DNA of 60,968 nucleotides, from the IMG/VR virus record IMGVR_UViG_3300025886_000021, positions 1 to 60,968 of that record, one strand, 5' to 3'. The notes below the pieces were generated by a model, which had not been told where the DNA came from, made no database searches, and saw only the letters and a program-made list of their open reading frames with translations. The translations under genes were made by a program, and so were the position numbers. This document shows positions 28,990 through 39,377 of the stretch, in pieces (within the stretch, counting starts at the first letter, position 1; each line of letters begins with the position of its first letter). The DNA comes from a virus (Duplodnaviria > Caudoviricetes).

Positions 28990-30834
28990 TTAAATATCAG
29001 TACTAACGGTATAATAATTTGTTCCAGAAGGATATTCTAATTTAAATGTTACATTATCATTAGCATCAAAACTGGACATCATCTTTCCTCGCATACTTAG
29101 CCAAGCATCTCTTATATTATTATAATTAATACTATCATATCTACATTGATTATATAGAGTTACATGATTAGTAGCTCCACATGATTTAATAACTGTGCCG
29201 TATTTTTTTCCTAACTCACTAGCTTTTTTTATATATTTACCAGATCGTCTCCAAAATTCAGATTTGGTATCAGTATGATAATTGTTACCAAAATACCATT
29301 TACCAGCTTCTGCATCATCATCTAAAATACCTACAAAACCTTGTACTTTCGCCCAATTAGGTTTACAATCATCATCACCTTCTGCCTTGCAAAAATCAGC
29401 TACTAAATGATTTACAGCTAACACATACAATCCCCACATATCATGAACTATTGCGGAAATTCCGCTTTTTAAATCATTTTGATTTTTATTTATAGGCGTC
29501 GTTCCATGGTACCACCAATTTTCATTTCCATTACCACGAAATCCACCACCTCGACCGGATGAATATTGAATTACTTGTTTGACTAAATCCATATCTAATT
29601 TGTCTACACATGGATTTGTCATTTTCGCAGCTTCTACAGCTTTCCGTTGCTGTTCGGCTTTCTGTGCGGCTTCAGCAGCTTTTCTTTGCTGTTCAGCTCC
29701 TTGAGCGGCTTCTGCATCCTTTTTTTGTTTAGCTTTGCGTTGTGCTGCATATGGATCTACTTCATCATGATCAGTCTCATTAATTAAATTTTTGCTTTGT
29801 TCTTGCAATAAATCTTTTAACTTTATATTCATATTAATTCCTTGAAAATAATTTGTTGACGTAATACCACTACTAATAGATTCATTAGCAATCGATGGCA
29901 TTAACGCCGTTAACCCTTGTATTACCTTCTGTTTCTCATCGTTATTCCAATCTTCAATCATAACATTGCTGTCGTATTCTTGTGTACTAATTTGACCTAA
30001 AACTTTCAAAGTCTCACTTTTAGTAGGATCTATATCTCCGTTCCAATTGGCAATTGCCTTCCATCCTGTACTCCGCTCCTGTCGCATTTGTTTTACAAAT
30101 TCGCCACCGATGCCAAGTTTATAAGCCACTAAATATACTAATTCTTGAAAAGCTTTTGTATCAATTGTTCCGCGCGTTAAATTGTTAACATCGATTGAAT
30201 TAGACAATTTCCCCAAGGCTTTATTTTTTATTTGTACATACTCTGCTTTAGCAGCATTGTACTTCTGCTTATTTAGCTCCGCATCTGCTTTTACTTTTTC
30301 ATCAGCTGCAGCTTTATCAGCTTTTTGCTTTGTTATATCTTGCAATAATTTATTATACTTAACAACACTCATTGTATAATTATTATCAATTTTTTTTAAA
30401 TCGATACTTACTTTTGAATCTAAATCAAAATTTTTAAAATCTGAATTTTTTAATGGAAATCTAACTACTGGATAAGATACATATGATTTTTTATATTTTT
30501 TATATTCAGCTTGCTTAATCTGTTGATTATTTTTGCCATTCCGATACATAGGTTGCATAACTACGTATACATATCCTCCCTCAGATTTCCAATACGGTGC
30601 ATGATTTAAATTTTTTAAAACAAATGGCATTCCAATTGGCGGGGTGTTTTTTCCCATTATCATGACAAATTGATAATTTTCGTCAATAATTTTAGAGTTT
30701 GCTAAAGATTGAACTTGTGATAATCCAGTGAAACTCGCATTTTGCTCTAATCTAATACTGCCATAATCACCCGCTTTCCACGTTGATGCTTGTGACTTAT
30801 ATTGTTCTAATATTATTTTTGTAAATCTATCCAT
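28990..30834 (-). CDS. Large hypothetical protein, probable processed internal head protein
   Basis: Promoter motif at 30839-30846; N-terminal IILEQ; internal MNIKLKDLLQEQ...LINE; AEQQRKA repeats. Confidence 0.6.
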   Translation of the reverse strand: MDRFTKIILEQYKSQASTWKAGDYGSIRLEQNASFTGLSQVQSLANSKIIDENYQFVMIMGKNTPPIGMPFVLKNLNHAPYWKSEGGYVYVVMQPMYRNGKNNQQIKQAEYKKYKKSYVSYPVVRFPLKNSDFKNFDLDSKVSIDLKKIDNNYTMSVVKYNKLLQDITKQKADKAAADEKVKADAELNKQKYNAAKAEYVQIKNKALGKLSNSIDVNNLTRGTIDTKAFQELVYLVAYKLGIGGEFVKQMRQERSTGWKAIANWNGDIDPTKSETLKVLGQISTQEYDSNVMIEDWNNDEKQKVIQGLTALMPSIANESISSGITSTNYFQGINMNIKLKDLLQEQSKNLINETDHDEVDPYAAQRKAKQKKDAEAAQGAEQQRKAAEAAQKAEQQRKAVEAAKMTNPCVDKLDMDLVKQVIQYSSGRGGGFRGNGNENWWYHGTTPINKNQNDLKSGISAIVHDMWGLYVLAVNHLVADFCKAEGDDDCKPNWAKVQGFVGILDDDAEAGKWYFGNNYHTDTKSEFWRRSGKYIKKASELGKKYGTVIKSCGATNHVTLYNQCRYDSINYNNIRDAWLSMRGKMMSSFDANDNVTFKLEYPSGTNYYTVSTDI

Positions 30835-30861
30835 TTTATATAAATATCCTATTTTTAAATT

Positions 30862-31413
30862 TTACCAATCAATTAATACCAACCGTCCTTGCCAACGCAT
30901 AACATTATCCGTTTTAAAATCTAAATCCAATGCTAAATCACCAGACAAGTTATCCATTTTACCAATATCTGTTTGTAATGCTCTAATAAACGATATCACC
31001 TCTTGATTGTTTTCACGTCCGCCTTCTGCATCCAAATAATCAAATATAGAAACTTCTCCTCCCATGTCTCGTGCATATTGTTTATATAATTTCATAAACT
31101 GTTCTATATTAATAGTGTCATTAACATTTAGCCGGTCTGCCTTAGACATAATATACAACATTTTTTTTTCATTTACATAATATACTGGAATAAAAGTACT
31201 AAACTCAGAATAACGTCCAACTATAGTACTTGCTATATCAAATTCATCTGATTCGGTAGTTATTTTAAAAAGTTTATCTTCTCCATCAATTTCATATACT
31301 CGACCATTATCTCCCTGATCAAAAAAACGAAATTCATTATTTTGTATCTTGTCAAGAAGCTGTTGAATATCCTGCTCTTTTAATTCTGTTAATAATTTCT
31401 TTAATCGTATCAT
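30862..31413 (-). CDS. Minimal Ser/Thr protein kinase-like protein with N-terminal leader
   Basis: DQGDNGRVY (Gly loop), LFKIT (Lys), helix-C Glu, DFKTDN (DxKxxN) and LIDW (DFG equivalent). Confidence 0.8.
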   Translation of the reverse strand: MIRLKKLLTELKEQDIQQLLDKIQNNEFRFFDQGDNGRVYEIDGEDKLFKITTESDEFDIASTIVGRYSEFSTFIPVYYVNEKKMLYIMSKADRLNVNDTINIEQFMKLYKQYARDMGGEVSIFDYLDAEGGRENNQEVISFIRALQTDIGKMDNLSGDLALDLDFKTDNVMRWQGRLVLIDW

Positions 31414-32984
31414 TTAACTAACTTTTTATCTAAATCTATCCTAACTAAAAAATTAACATCTACATCATTACGTTTTCGAATTGGCTGTGCTAATTTTCCT
31501 ATAGCCAATAATTGACCAATATCATTATATAATCCAATTGTAGTAACATATGGTGCAAAACTACTAGACGCTACAAAACAACGATATGATTCATTATCGT
31601 CTTTTGTAAGACTTGTATTAGTAGACATATTAAATTCTCCTTGATCTAATCTCGCAGTTACGCCTAATTCATGTATTGTAACTGTACTTTGATATGATGC
31701 AGTAAATGGAAAATTCATCATATTATGATAACGATAATCCGTAGTAGAAATAACTCCTATCCCTTGTTTTTCAAAAATATTACCAACTACACCAGTTTGA
31801 ATAAACGCCCCGCCTTCGGTATGATCTGCTAAATATCCAACTTCTACATTTGTTAATGATTTATTATATATTCGTATTTCATCTAATTTACCAGATAAAT
31901 TAAATGACCCAGTTCCAAAACCACCAATATATAAATTATCTGTATTATCAATTCTTGCATCTGATGCAGTTACTGGAGAACATTGGGCTATTAATAATTC
32001 TGGATCAGATCCTGAAGAGTGTATAGTTCCGTCTATATACATGTTCAAAGAACTTCCTGATTTTTCACAAACAACATGACGCCACTGATCTGCTACAATT
32101 GATGATGTTATCTGCATTGAATATTCATTAGTACCAGCAACTGAAAATATAATTTGATTGCTACCACTTAATTCTAATTTAAATGGATATTGTGGTGAAT
32201 TTGAACTAGACGCTTTAGTCATAATCAATTGCGTATCATTTGAACTATTTGCACCAGATATATAAAACGATATAGAATAATTATTATCACGATTATACAT
32301 TCCTGGTATATATTTTTTTATATACGAACTACCAGTAAAATAAGCAGATAATCCAATTGGTAATTGATCTCCATTTGACGCATTTATTCCGTCGACATAT
32401 GTTATATTATTTGATTCATATAAAATTCTAGTAGTATCAAAATATTCATTAAATCCTTCATAAAATTTTACATCAGAAATAATAGAACTCGTATCAAATA
32501 TAGTATCATTAATATTACCATATTCGTCAGATGTAAAAGAAGCAGTATCAGGAACTGACAATGTAAATGAACCTAACTTAATTCCTTCTCCTACTTTATT
32601 TTGTGGAAATGAAAATATACTAGCAGTTTCATATAAATGTTTTTTAATTAAATTTAAATTAGTTTGACCAAAATTATTATAAGGTTGATTTTTATTTTTA
32701 TAATACAAATGATTAACTGAAAAATATATAACACTTTGTAAGCTACCATCAATATTAGCCGCATCATTATATGTTAATTCAGATCCAATCATTGGTAATA
32801 TATTTGTGTCTATATAAACACCTTGTAAAGGTAACATACTACTTGTTAGGCTACCACTAACAACTGTAAAAGTTTTATTAGCTTGAAATGGAGTGATTTG
32901 AATATCCGTAGTATCTATCTTTTTAAATACCGTTGGATATAATCCTTCATATATAGTAGTGTCATTTATTCTAGACTCGGACAT
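31410..32984 (-). CDS. Baseplate/tail protein with LamG (concanavalin A-like) domain
   Basis: WRHVV, MYIDG, LYIGG and GKLDEIRIYNKSL motifs; C-terminal TTIGLYND...LLAIGKLAQP. Confidence 0.75.
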   Translation of the reverse strand: MSESRINDTTIYEGLYPTVFKKIDTTDIQITPFQANKTFTVVSGSLTSSMLPLQGVYIDTNILPMIGSELTYNDAANIDGSLQSVIYFSVNHLYYKNKNQPYNNFGQTNLNLIKKHLYETASIFSFPQNKVGEGIKLGSFTLSVPDTASFTSDEYGNINDTIFDTSSIISDVKFYEGFNEYFDTTRILYESNNITYVDGINASNGDQLPIGLSAYFTGSSYIKKYIPGMYNRDNNYSISFYISGANSSNDTQLIMTKASSSNSPQYPFKLELSGSNQIIFSVAGTNEYSMQITSSIVADQWRHVVCEKSGSSLNMYIDGTIHSSGSDPELLIAQCSPVTASDARIDNTDNLYIGGFGTGSFNLSGKLDEIRIYNKSLTNVEVGYLADHTEGGAFIQTGVVGNIFEKQGIGVISTTDYRYHNMMNFPFTASYQSTVTIHELGVTARLDQGEFNMSTNTSLTKDDNESYRCFVASSSFAPYVTTIGLYNDIGQLLAIGKLAQPIRKRNDVDVNFLVRIDLDKKLVK

Positions 32985-32990
32985 AATAGT

Positions 32991-33026
32991 AAAAACCTCG
33001 CTATATTTAATATAAATATAACGAGG
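32991..33026 (-). terminator. Terminator-like hairpin with the late promoter motif embedded in its stem
   Basis: Minus strand CCTCGTTATATTTA-TAT-TAAATATAGCGAGG-TTTTT. Confidence 0.7.
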
Positions 33027-33046
33027 CTCAAATACCTAATAAAATA

Positions 33047-34318
33047 TTAATAATCTAATTTAACTCGAATCAATGCTTCTCGCTGGAATGATTTCAATAA
33101 TGGTTTCGAAAGTTTAGCTACTGCTAATAATTCTTGTGAATCATTTAATAGTCCAACTGTTGTAATATAAGTTTTAGGATCATTAATAAAAGTAGACTCT
33201 CGTAACAATCCATCGCTTCCTGTAACATATGATGGATTATTAGAAAAATTATATTCTGCATTTTTAATTCTAACAAAATAATGTGTACTAGTAATTTTTT
33301 CTGAATTCCTTGCAAGGAATCCGAATGGGTCACTTGTTACTGGATTTGTTATTTCAGATGACCCAGACACAGAATGAAATAATCGGAAATGATTATTACC
33401 TTCTGAATCAGAACCAGTATTAGTTTGAAAATTCAATTGTTGATCTAACATTTTGCCGTCTAATACTAATGTACCATAATCAGGGTATGCTAATCCATAA
33501 TAAACAGGCGCAGACGAATTATAAATTCCTCCCGCAATAGATCCAGAAACAATATTGTATACATTACCAGCTGGCGTAGCATTTGCATTTGCTAATCCCG
33601 AATCATCAATTAATGAAACAATTACACTACTACTAACTGCTACATTACTACCAGTTGCATTAGCATCTAATGATGCCGACATATATCTTAAAGGCAATTC
33701 AAAATTACCAGCATCTAATCGTTCTTTTAATCGGTTACGTTTAAAATTAACAACATATATAGAATCAGTACTACCACTTCCAGCTGTAGTAAATCTACTA
33801 TCATTTGGTTTTAATAAAAGTTGTCGATATTGTGAATATACTGCTTTTGATGCAATATTTGCTCCAACTCCAGCTGAATCTGAACCACTACCTAAAGCAT
33901 TGCCATATGCAACAGAAAACTGTACAGCACTCCCGGTAGCTGCAGGATCTTTTTGATAGGTATCAACATAATATTGACGTTGTGAATTTGTTTGATCTGA
34001 AGCAGTGAAATACGTAGTTAAACTAGCTAGATTATCACTCCATACACCTGCAGTAACAGTTTCATTTTGATTATCAATTATATCATTTATAGGATCGAAT
34101 TTTGTAAATACACGTCCATTTCTAGATAATAATTGGGATTGATCTCGTTCAGCAATAATTTGATCTGCTAAAGCCCGGGCTAACTTTTGTACTTCTACTA
34201 ATGGTACCGTTGCCGTATTAGTCGCCGCATCTGTTACAGGCGACACAATAGGTTGTACAGGACGATTTGGAGTACCTCCAATTTTTTGTTGTTTTTTAAG
34301 TTGTTTAATATTTTTCAT
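33047..34318 (-). CDS. Baseplate/tail structural protein (start probably MKNIKQ at 34318)
   Basis: C-terminal YITTVGLLNDSQELLAVAKLSKP is paralogous to the C-terminus of 31410-32984. Confidence 0.7.
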   Translation of the reverse strand: MKNIKQLKKQQKIGGTPNRPVQPIVSPVTDAATNTATVPLVEVQKLARALADQIIAERDQSQLLSRNGRVFTKFDPINDIIDNQNETVTAGVWSDNLASLTTYFTASDQTNSQRQYYVDTYQKDPAATGSAVQFSVAYGNALGSGSDSAGVGANIASKAVYSQYRQLLLKPNDSRFTTAGSGSTDSIYVVNFKRNRLKERLDAGNFELPLRYMSASLDANATGSNVAVSSSVIVSLIDDSGLANANATPAGNVYNIVSGSIAGGIYNSSAPVYYGLAYPDYGTLVLDGKMLDQQLNFQTNTGSDSEGNNHFRLFHSVSGSSEITNPVTSDPFGFLARNSEKITSTHYFVRIKNAEYNFSNNPSYVTGSDGLLRESTFINDPKTYITTVGLLNDSQELLAVAKLSKPLLKSFQREALIRVKLDY

Positions 34319-34328
34319 ATTTACTTTT

Positions 34329-35012
34329 TTATGATGCCGCATTTGGTATTGTTGCAGTCGACGCTTTATTTACTGTTAAATTAATTGTTGCAGACCCACC
34401 TGTCTCGTTTCCTACAATTGTAATTGTTGCAGTTTTAGATTCTACTATTAATGTCTTAGCAATAATTCTAAATTCTAATCCAACTAATGCAACACTTTGT
34501 GCGTCTTCGCTATCACCAATAAAACTCGGAGTGGTAGGAAGTACTCCAGTAGCAAATTGAGGATTATTTGTTAATATTTTTGAGACTTGAATATCTGCGA
34601 CAGACGAATCAGATAATATAGCAGTATATCCTAGATTTGCATTACCTCCTTGCAAATTAGCAGTATTAGGTGCTATAACTGCACTAGTGCCAGGCCCTGG
34701 TAATATTATTGAACTATTACCAACTGTTACAACAGGAATATTAGTTGTGTCTTTTGGTAATGAAACTAATTTATATTTTAAAGCTTGTGTTTCATCTGGA
34801 ATTGCTTCTGTAATCGGCATATTTTCAATAATACTTCCATAATAACTAGATCCGCGACCATCTAATGGATTCCATAACGTATAGTCAATTTCATCATCTG
34901 CTAATGCAAATTGTGTAATATTAAATGCGTCGCCTCCCTTTGCTAATAGTTCACGTCCTTTCAATGTAAGTATTGCATCTACCGTTACACTTGAATTGTT
35001 TAAATATCCCAT
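34329..35012 (-). CDS. Baseplate/tail structural protein
   Basis: MGYLNN...DAILTLKGRELLA...FALADDEIDY motif; lies in the baseplate block. Confidence 0.65.
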   Translation of the reverse strand: MGYLNNSSVTVDAILTLKGRELLAKGGDAFNITQFALADDEIDYTLWNPLDGRGSSYYGSIIENMPITEAIPDETQALKYKLVSLPKDTTNIPVVTVGNSSIILPGPGTSAVIAPNTANLQGGNANLGYTAILSDSSVADIQVSKILTNNPQFATGVLPTTPSFIGDSEDAQSVALVGLEFRIIAKTLIVESKTATITIVGNETGGSATINLTVNKASTATIPNAAS

Positions 35013-35055
35013 ATTGTTTTTCCTTTATTTTAAATAAATATATTTCAATTAGATT

Positions 35056-38000
35056 TTATGTTAAAATAAAACTTCCTTGACTACCCGGATTATTAGTATA
35101 TCTTAATTGATTTGGATTTGTTTGTGTAGTTTCTACAACAGGCCCGCCATCAACTGTATCTAAAGATGCTATATTAAAATTTCTACTAGTCATTTTAGCT
35201 CCACTATATCTTTGATTATCAATACCACGTGGTAAATAATCTTGAACTTCTGCAAATTTTAATATACTGCCAGATCCATATGTTGCTGAGCCATATGCAT
35301 AACTTCCATATGCCGTACCAACAGTATCAAGTATTTGTTTTATTTCTGATAAGCTAGAAGATAATATAACAGGTTGTAATGCATCAGATCTCCAATATGG
35401 AGACGATGCTGTAACATATGTACTTCCAGATCGTATTAAATAATTATATGAATATGTTGTTCCATCATATTTTTCAGCATTAGATGCAGTTAAATAGCCT
35501 TGCATTTGATCGTCATCTTCTGCTTGTAATTCAACAATTGACTCAATAGATCCTTGGTAATATATATATTCTGCGGAACTAGTAGGATGCACTTCTGTTA
35601 TAACGGTTTCATAAGTATTATTAAATCTTTCAACTGTTGGTAAAATTGTGTCTTTACTACGTTCTAATATATTAGGTTGTATTAGTAATCCAGTTAATGT
35701 GTTAGCACGAGCCGGCAATAATTGATCTAACTGATTAAAAAATGATAAATCGAATAATGTAAAAATTCTAATATAAGCATTTATATCATTTGACTCAGAA
35801 TATTTTTTCCAATATTTTTGAGCTCGTTGAATTAAATCAGGATATGATTTTGCATTAATATCACCCGGATCTCCAATATAATCATCTAATGATTGAAATC
35901 CTAGTTGTGCAATAATATCCTCATCTACCATTGTTTGTGGAGAAAAATAAACTCCTAATTTTGCACTATCTAATGGTGCTTTGTCAAATTGACTTCGTTC
36001 GGCTCTTGTTTTAATATCTAATGTGCCAATTAAATCATTATTTTCAAGTCGTACTTTATTATCGTCATATGTCCCAGCACCTAACGAAATTCCATCGTAA
36101 TAATATGTTTCTTCAATTGAATCATATGGTGTGTCATTTGTCCAACTAGCAAACGAAGCAGATATTCCGGAATTATTAGGTTCAACTCCTATTAAACTAG
36201 ACGTTACAGCATGATCTATTTTTTGTGTTAACGGCAATCTAAATACTAGTTCATCATATGCAGATATATTACCATCATATGCTCCTGGAGCTTTTACATG
36301 ATTATCAAAAGCAGAATCTTGTAAACTACTAGTCCATAATCGCAATTCCTGCAGTTGCCCTTGTAATCGACTACCACCCGTAGTGCCACCTAATGTTACT
36401 GTACCAGAAGTAGCAAATGTTGTAGTATCAGATGCAGAAACCGCTGCTACAATTTTTCCATATTTAGATTTTTTAGCAATTACTTCTAAATTTGATCCGT
36501 CTTTTCTTAATAATGCAGTTAACCAATCACCATCAAATAATTCAATTGGACTACTATCAACACCATTAATTTGTATTGTACCAACATTTCCAGATGTATA
36601 ATCTAACGTTACCGTATTACTTCCTATTGTAAACAAATTCATTGTACTAGGAAGTAGTGGATTCGTTATAACATTATCCGTACGGAAACGTAGTTCTACA
36701 GATTCAATTGTCTGATTATAATCGATTGTAACTGTTCCTGCAGAATTATTTATTAAATCTAAAGAATAATCGAAATTAAGTTTTTCATATACAGGCGCAC
36801 GTTCAAGCCTAGGTCCTCCATATTCATTAATACTAATCATAGATTGTGGAATTCCATAACAAGAAAGCAATGCTTGAACACTCCTTTTTGTTCCTTTAGA
36901 TTTCAGTAATAAAGGTAAATTATTTACTATACGTCTCCATATAGTATACATAGATTTTTCTCCAGATACAGATGGATCTCCTATACTATTTGATCCGGTA
37001 ATTGGAATACCTTGCTCATTAATACCTAAAGCATATTGCCATAAATCTTGACCTTGCGCGCCATTTGTTAATGTCCACCCGAATTGTTTTGCAACAGAAT
37101 ATAATAATTCATTTGGCATACCTAGTTTAGGATTTTCTTCACGCTTATTAATTGAAGACATATGATTAATATACGTGTAAAGTATATCATAGTGGTGTCC
37201 TAACATATTAACAAATGTAGTTAATTCAACACTATCATTTTGTAATTGTATATGTTCTGGTACTGTTCGTATTAATGAATTATTGTTCGATATATCATAT
37301 ATTGATGCCGATTCATATACTCCATTAAACCATGTTTCAAATTGACTTGACGATATTGAATATATCGCATATGGTACTGTAGAATTAGATTTAGGAATTG
37401 GTTGTATATAACTACCAGTAACAGTTGCTACATTAGCATCAATAACAGGAATATCATATGTTGTTAATTTTGATGACGATTCATAATAAAGATATTGTTC
37501 AAAATTATCAAATCCTCCAATTAATGAAGTTTTTAAATTAGTATAATCTTGTGAATTAGTCGTAGCATTACTTCCTGATATATCATTTAATGCTATACTT
37601 TGTGAATTATAATATTCAATTAATTGTAATTTATATTTAAAATTAACTAAACGTTCTGTTGCTGAACTATAAAATATAAAATTATTAAAATCAGAATAAT
37701 TTATATTTAATTGCATTCCAGATAAACTACCAGAAAAAAATCTGTCGACTAATTGTTGTGAAGTCGACGTAGATGAGCCTAGTAAATCTGACCAATTTTT
37801 TAATCCAGTTTCTGTAGATGTATTATATGAATAATTTGCTTGCCAATTGGGACCACTTAAAACATTAACAGGTTGCTCTTGTATAATTGGTTCAATATTA
37901 ATATTATCGATATAAGTAGGTTTTAGTTGTTTAACAACCCAACATTTAAAATCTTCTTGTATAGAATCTGGTAATGGTTCGTATAATTTAACATATAAAA

Positions 38001-38595
38001 AGTCATCGACTACAACACTATTGACAAACAATACACATTGATTTCTACTAAAATTCAATAAATAATCATGATATCTAACTGTATTACTTGTTTGTCGTAC
38101 GTTTTGTATGTAATTGTTTACTTGTAATAATTGTGGAGCTTTACGGTTAATTAATTTTAAACGTAATTCCGTACGGTCTGGTGATATTTCATCAATTCGT
38201 AAATATTGCTCATTATAATCTCCAATTAAATTTTCAAAAAAGTTAACTGCAATTTTATATGTACCGCCATTTAATTTTAAATCATCAATTTGTTTATGTA
38301 AATCTAATACATATGGAGTATATGGAAATCGAATTTCTTTATTCGTTACCGATTCTCGAAATCTAGGAGTTTGTAATAACGAAATTGTATTATGATTTCC
38401 AGTAATCCATGTTTCTCCAGAATAAACATGAAATTCGACTGAATTATTTTTAGTATTAATAATGTCATTATTAAACGTTACAGTATTTTGCCCAACAAGA
38501 TTAATATTATTTGTTTTAATCTGTGGTAAACGCTGAGCCGATAATGACTTTTTTGCGTTTAATATTTGATCTATATTTTTATATTGACTTAACAT
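35056..38595 (-). CDS. Large baseplate wedge protein (gp7-like) with LamG-like domain
   Basis: LLKSKGTKRSVQALLSCYG wedge motif, GQLQELRLW, LDQLLPARA; 1179 aa. Confidence 0.7.
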   Translation of the reverse strand: MLSQYKNIDQILNAKKSLSAQRLPQIKTNNINLVGQNTVTFNNDIINTKNNSVEFHVYSGETWITGNHNTISLLQTPRFRESVTNKEIRFPYTPYVLDLHKQIDDLKLNGGTYKIAVNFFENLIGDYNEQYLRIDEISPDRTELRLKLINRKAPQLLQVNNYIQNVRQTSNTVRYHDYLLNFSRNQCVLFVNSVVVDDFLYVKLYEPLPDSIQEDFKCWVVKQLKPTYIDNINIEPIIQEQPVNVLSGPNWQANYSYNTSTETGLKNWSDLLGSSTSTSQQLVDRFFSGSLSGMQLNINYSDFNNFIFYSSATERLVNFKYKLQLIEYYNSQSIALNDISGSNATTNSQDYTNLKTSLIGGFDNFEQYLYYESSSKLTTYDIPVIDANVATVTGSYIQPIPKSNSTVPYAIYSISSSQFETWFNGVYESASIYDISNNNSLIRTVPEHIQLQNDSVELTTFVNMLGHHYDILYTYINHMSSINKREENPKLGMPNELLYSVAKQFGWTLTNGAQGQDLWQYALGINEQGIPITGSNSIGDPSVSGEKSMYTIWRRIVNNLPLLLKSKGTKRSVQALLSCYGIPQSMISINEYGGPRLERAPVYEKLNFDYSLDLINNSAGTVTIDYNQTIESVELRFRTDNVITNPLLPSTMNLFTIGSNTVTLDYTSGNVGTIQINGVDSSPIELFDGDWLTALLRKDGSNLEVIAKKSKYGKIVAAVSASDTTTFATSGTVTLGGTTGGSRLQGQLQELRLWTSSLQDSAFDNHVKAPGAYDGNISAYDELVFRLPLTQKIDHAVTSSLIGVEPNNSGISASFASWTNDTPYDSIEETYYYDGISLGAGTYDDNKVRLENNDLIGTLDIKTRAERSQFDKAPLDSAKLGVYFSPQTMVDEDIIAQLGFQSLDDYIGDPGDINAKSYPDLIQRAQKYWKKYSESNDINAYIRIFTLFDLSFFNQLDQLLPARANTLTGLLIQPNILERSKDTILPTVERFNNTYETVITEVHPTSSAEYIYYQGSIESIVELQAEDDDQMQGYLTASNAEKYDGTTYSYNYLIRSGSTYVTASSPYWRSDALQPVILSSSLSEIKQILDTVGTAYGSYAYGSATYGSGSILKFAEVQDYLPRGIDNQRYSGAKMTSRNFNIASLDTVDGGPVVETTQTNPNQLRYTNNPGSQGSFILT

Positions 38596-39377
38596 TATTC
38601 AATCTCGCGATTCCATTCATCTACATTTTTTGCTGCATCTGATATTACCCAATAACTTTGTCCTCCATTAATACTATGATTAGCATCAATTGGTTTTGAT
38701 TGGGCTCCAATCTGAAATTCATCTCCAATTTCAAATTGAGAATTTAAAATAATAATATCTAACTCCGCATTTCTAACTGCATATTGACTTAAATTTTCTT
38801 GATCTGGAAATTTTCTAAATTCAGGATTAGGAGCATAATCCGGCCCGGACTTTATAATAGAAAATCCTGCAAATTGCTCTGGTAAATCTGAATCAACTCT
38901 ATAATTAATTTTCGATCGAAATCTTAAATCAATTCCAGATTCTTTAATTTCTTTAGTTATAGTATAACTGCTAGGCGAAACTTGAGGTAATCCTTCTACA
39001 ACTTCACTAAAATCAACTGGATCATATGAAGTAGCATTAAATAGAATTTCGCCTTCCCCATATCCATATGGTGGTTTATATCTAGCAAATACCGGGTCTA
39101 TGTCTATATTAATATCAATATCCGGTAAATCTTGTATAATCGTACGGGCCGGAAATTTAAAATAATTAAATCTTGTGTTTAATAAATCTAATACAGCAGA
39201 ATTATTAATATTAAATGAATTTGTTTCTATAACCAAATATGAATTTTCTTGTACAATAATATTTCCAGCTATATCGCGAGGCATAATATCTGTATTATTT
39301 GACGTAACAGTTAATCCGTCATTAATATATTTTGATATTTGCGATACGTATATTGGATCTTTTATATTGTTTGCCAT
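38595..39377 (-). CDS. Structural hypothetical protein
   Basis: Coupled (TAATG) at both ends within the baseplate operon. Confidence 0.6.
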   Translation of the reverse strand: MANNIKDPIYVSQISKYINDGLTVTSNNTDIMPRDIAGNIIVQENSYLVIETNSFNINNSAVLDLLNTRFNYFKFPARTIIQDLPDIDINIDIDPVFARYKPPYGYGEGEILFNATSYDPVDFSEVVEGLPQVSPSSYTITKEIKESGIDLRFRSKINYRVDSDLPEQFAGFSIIKSGPDYAPNPEFRKFPDQENLSQYAVRNAELDIIILNSQFEIGDEFQIGAQSKPIDANHSINGGQSYWVISDAAKNVDEWNREIE

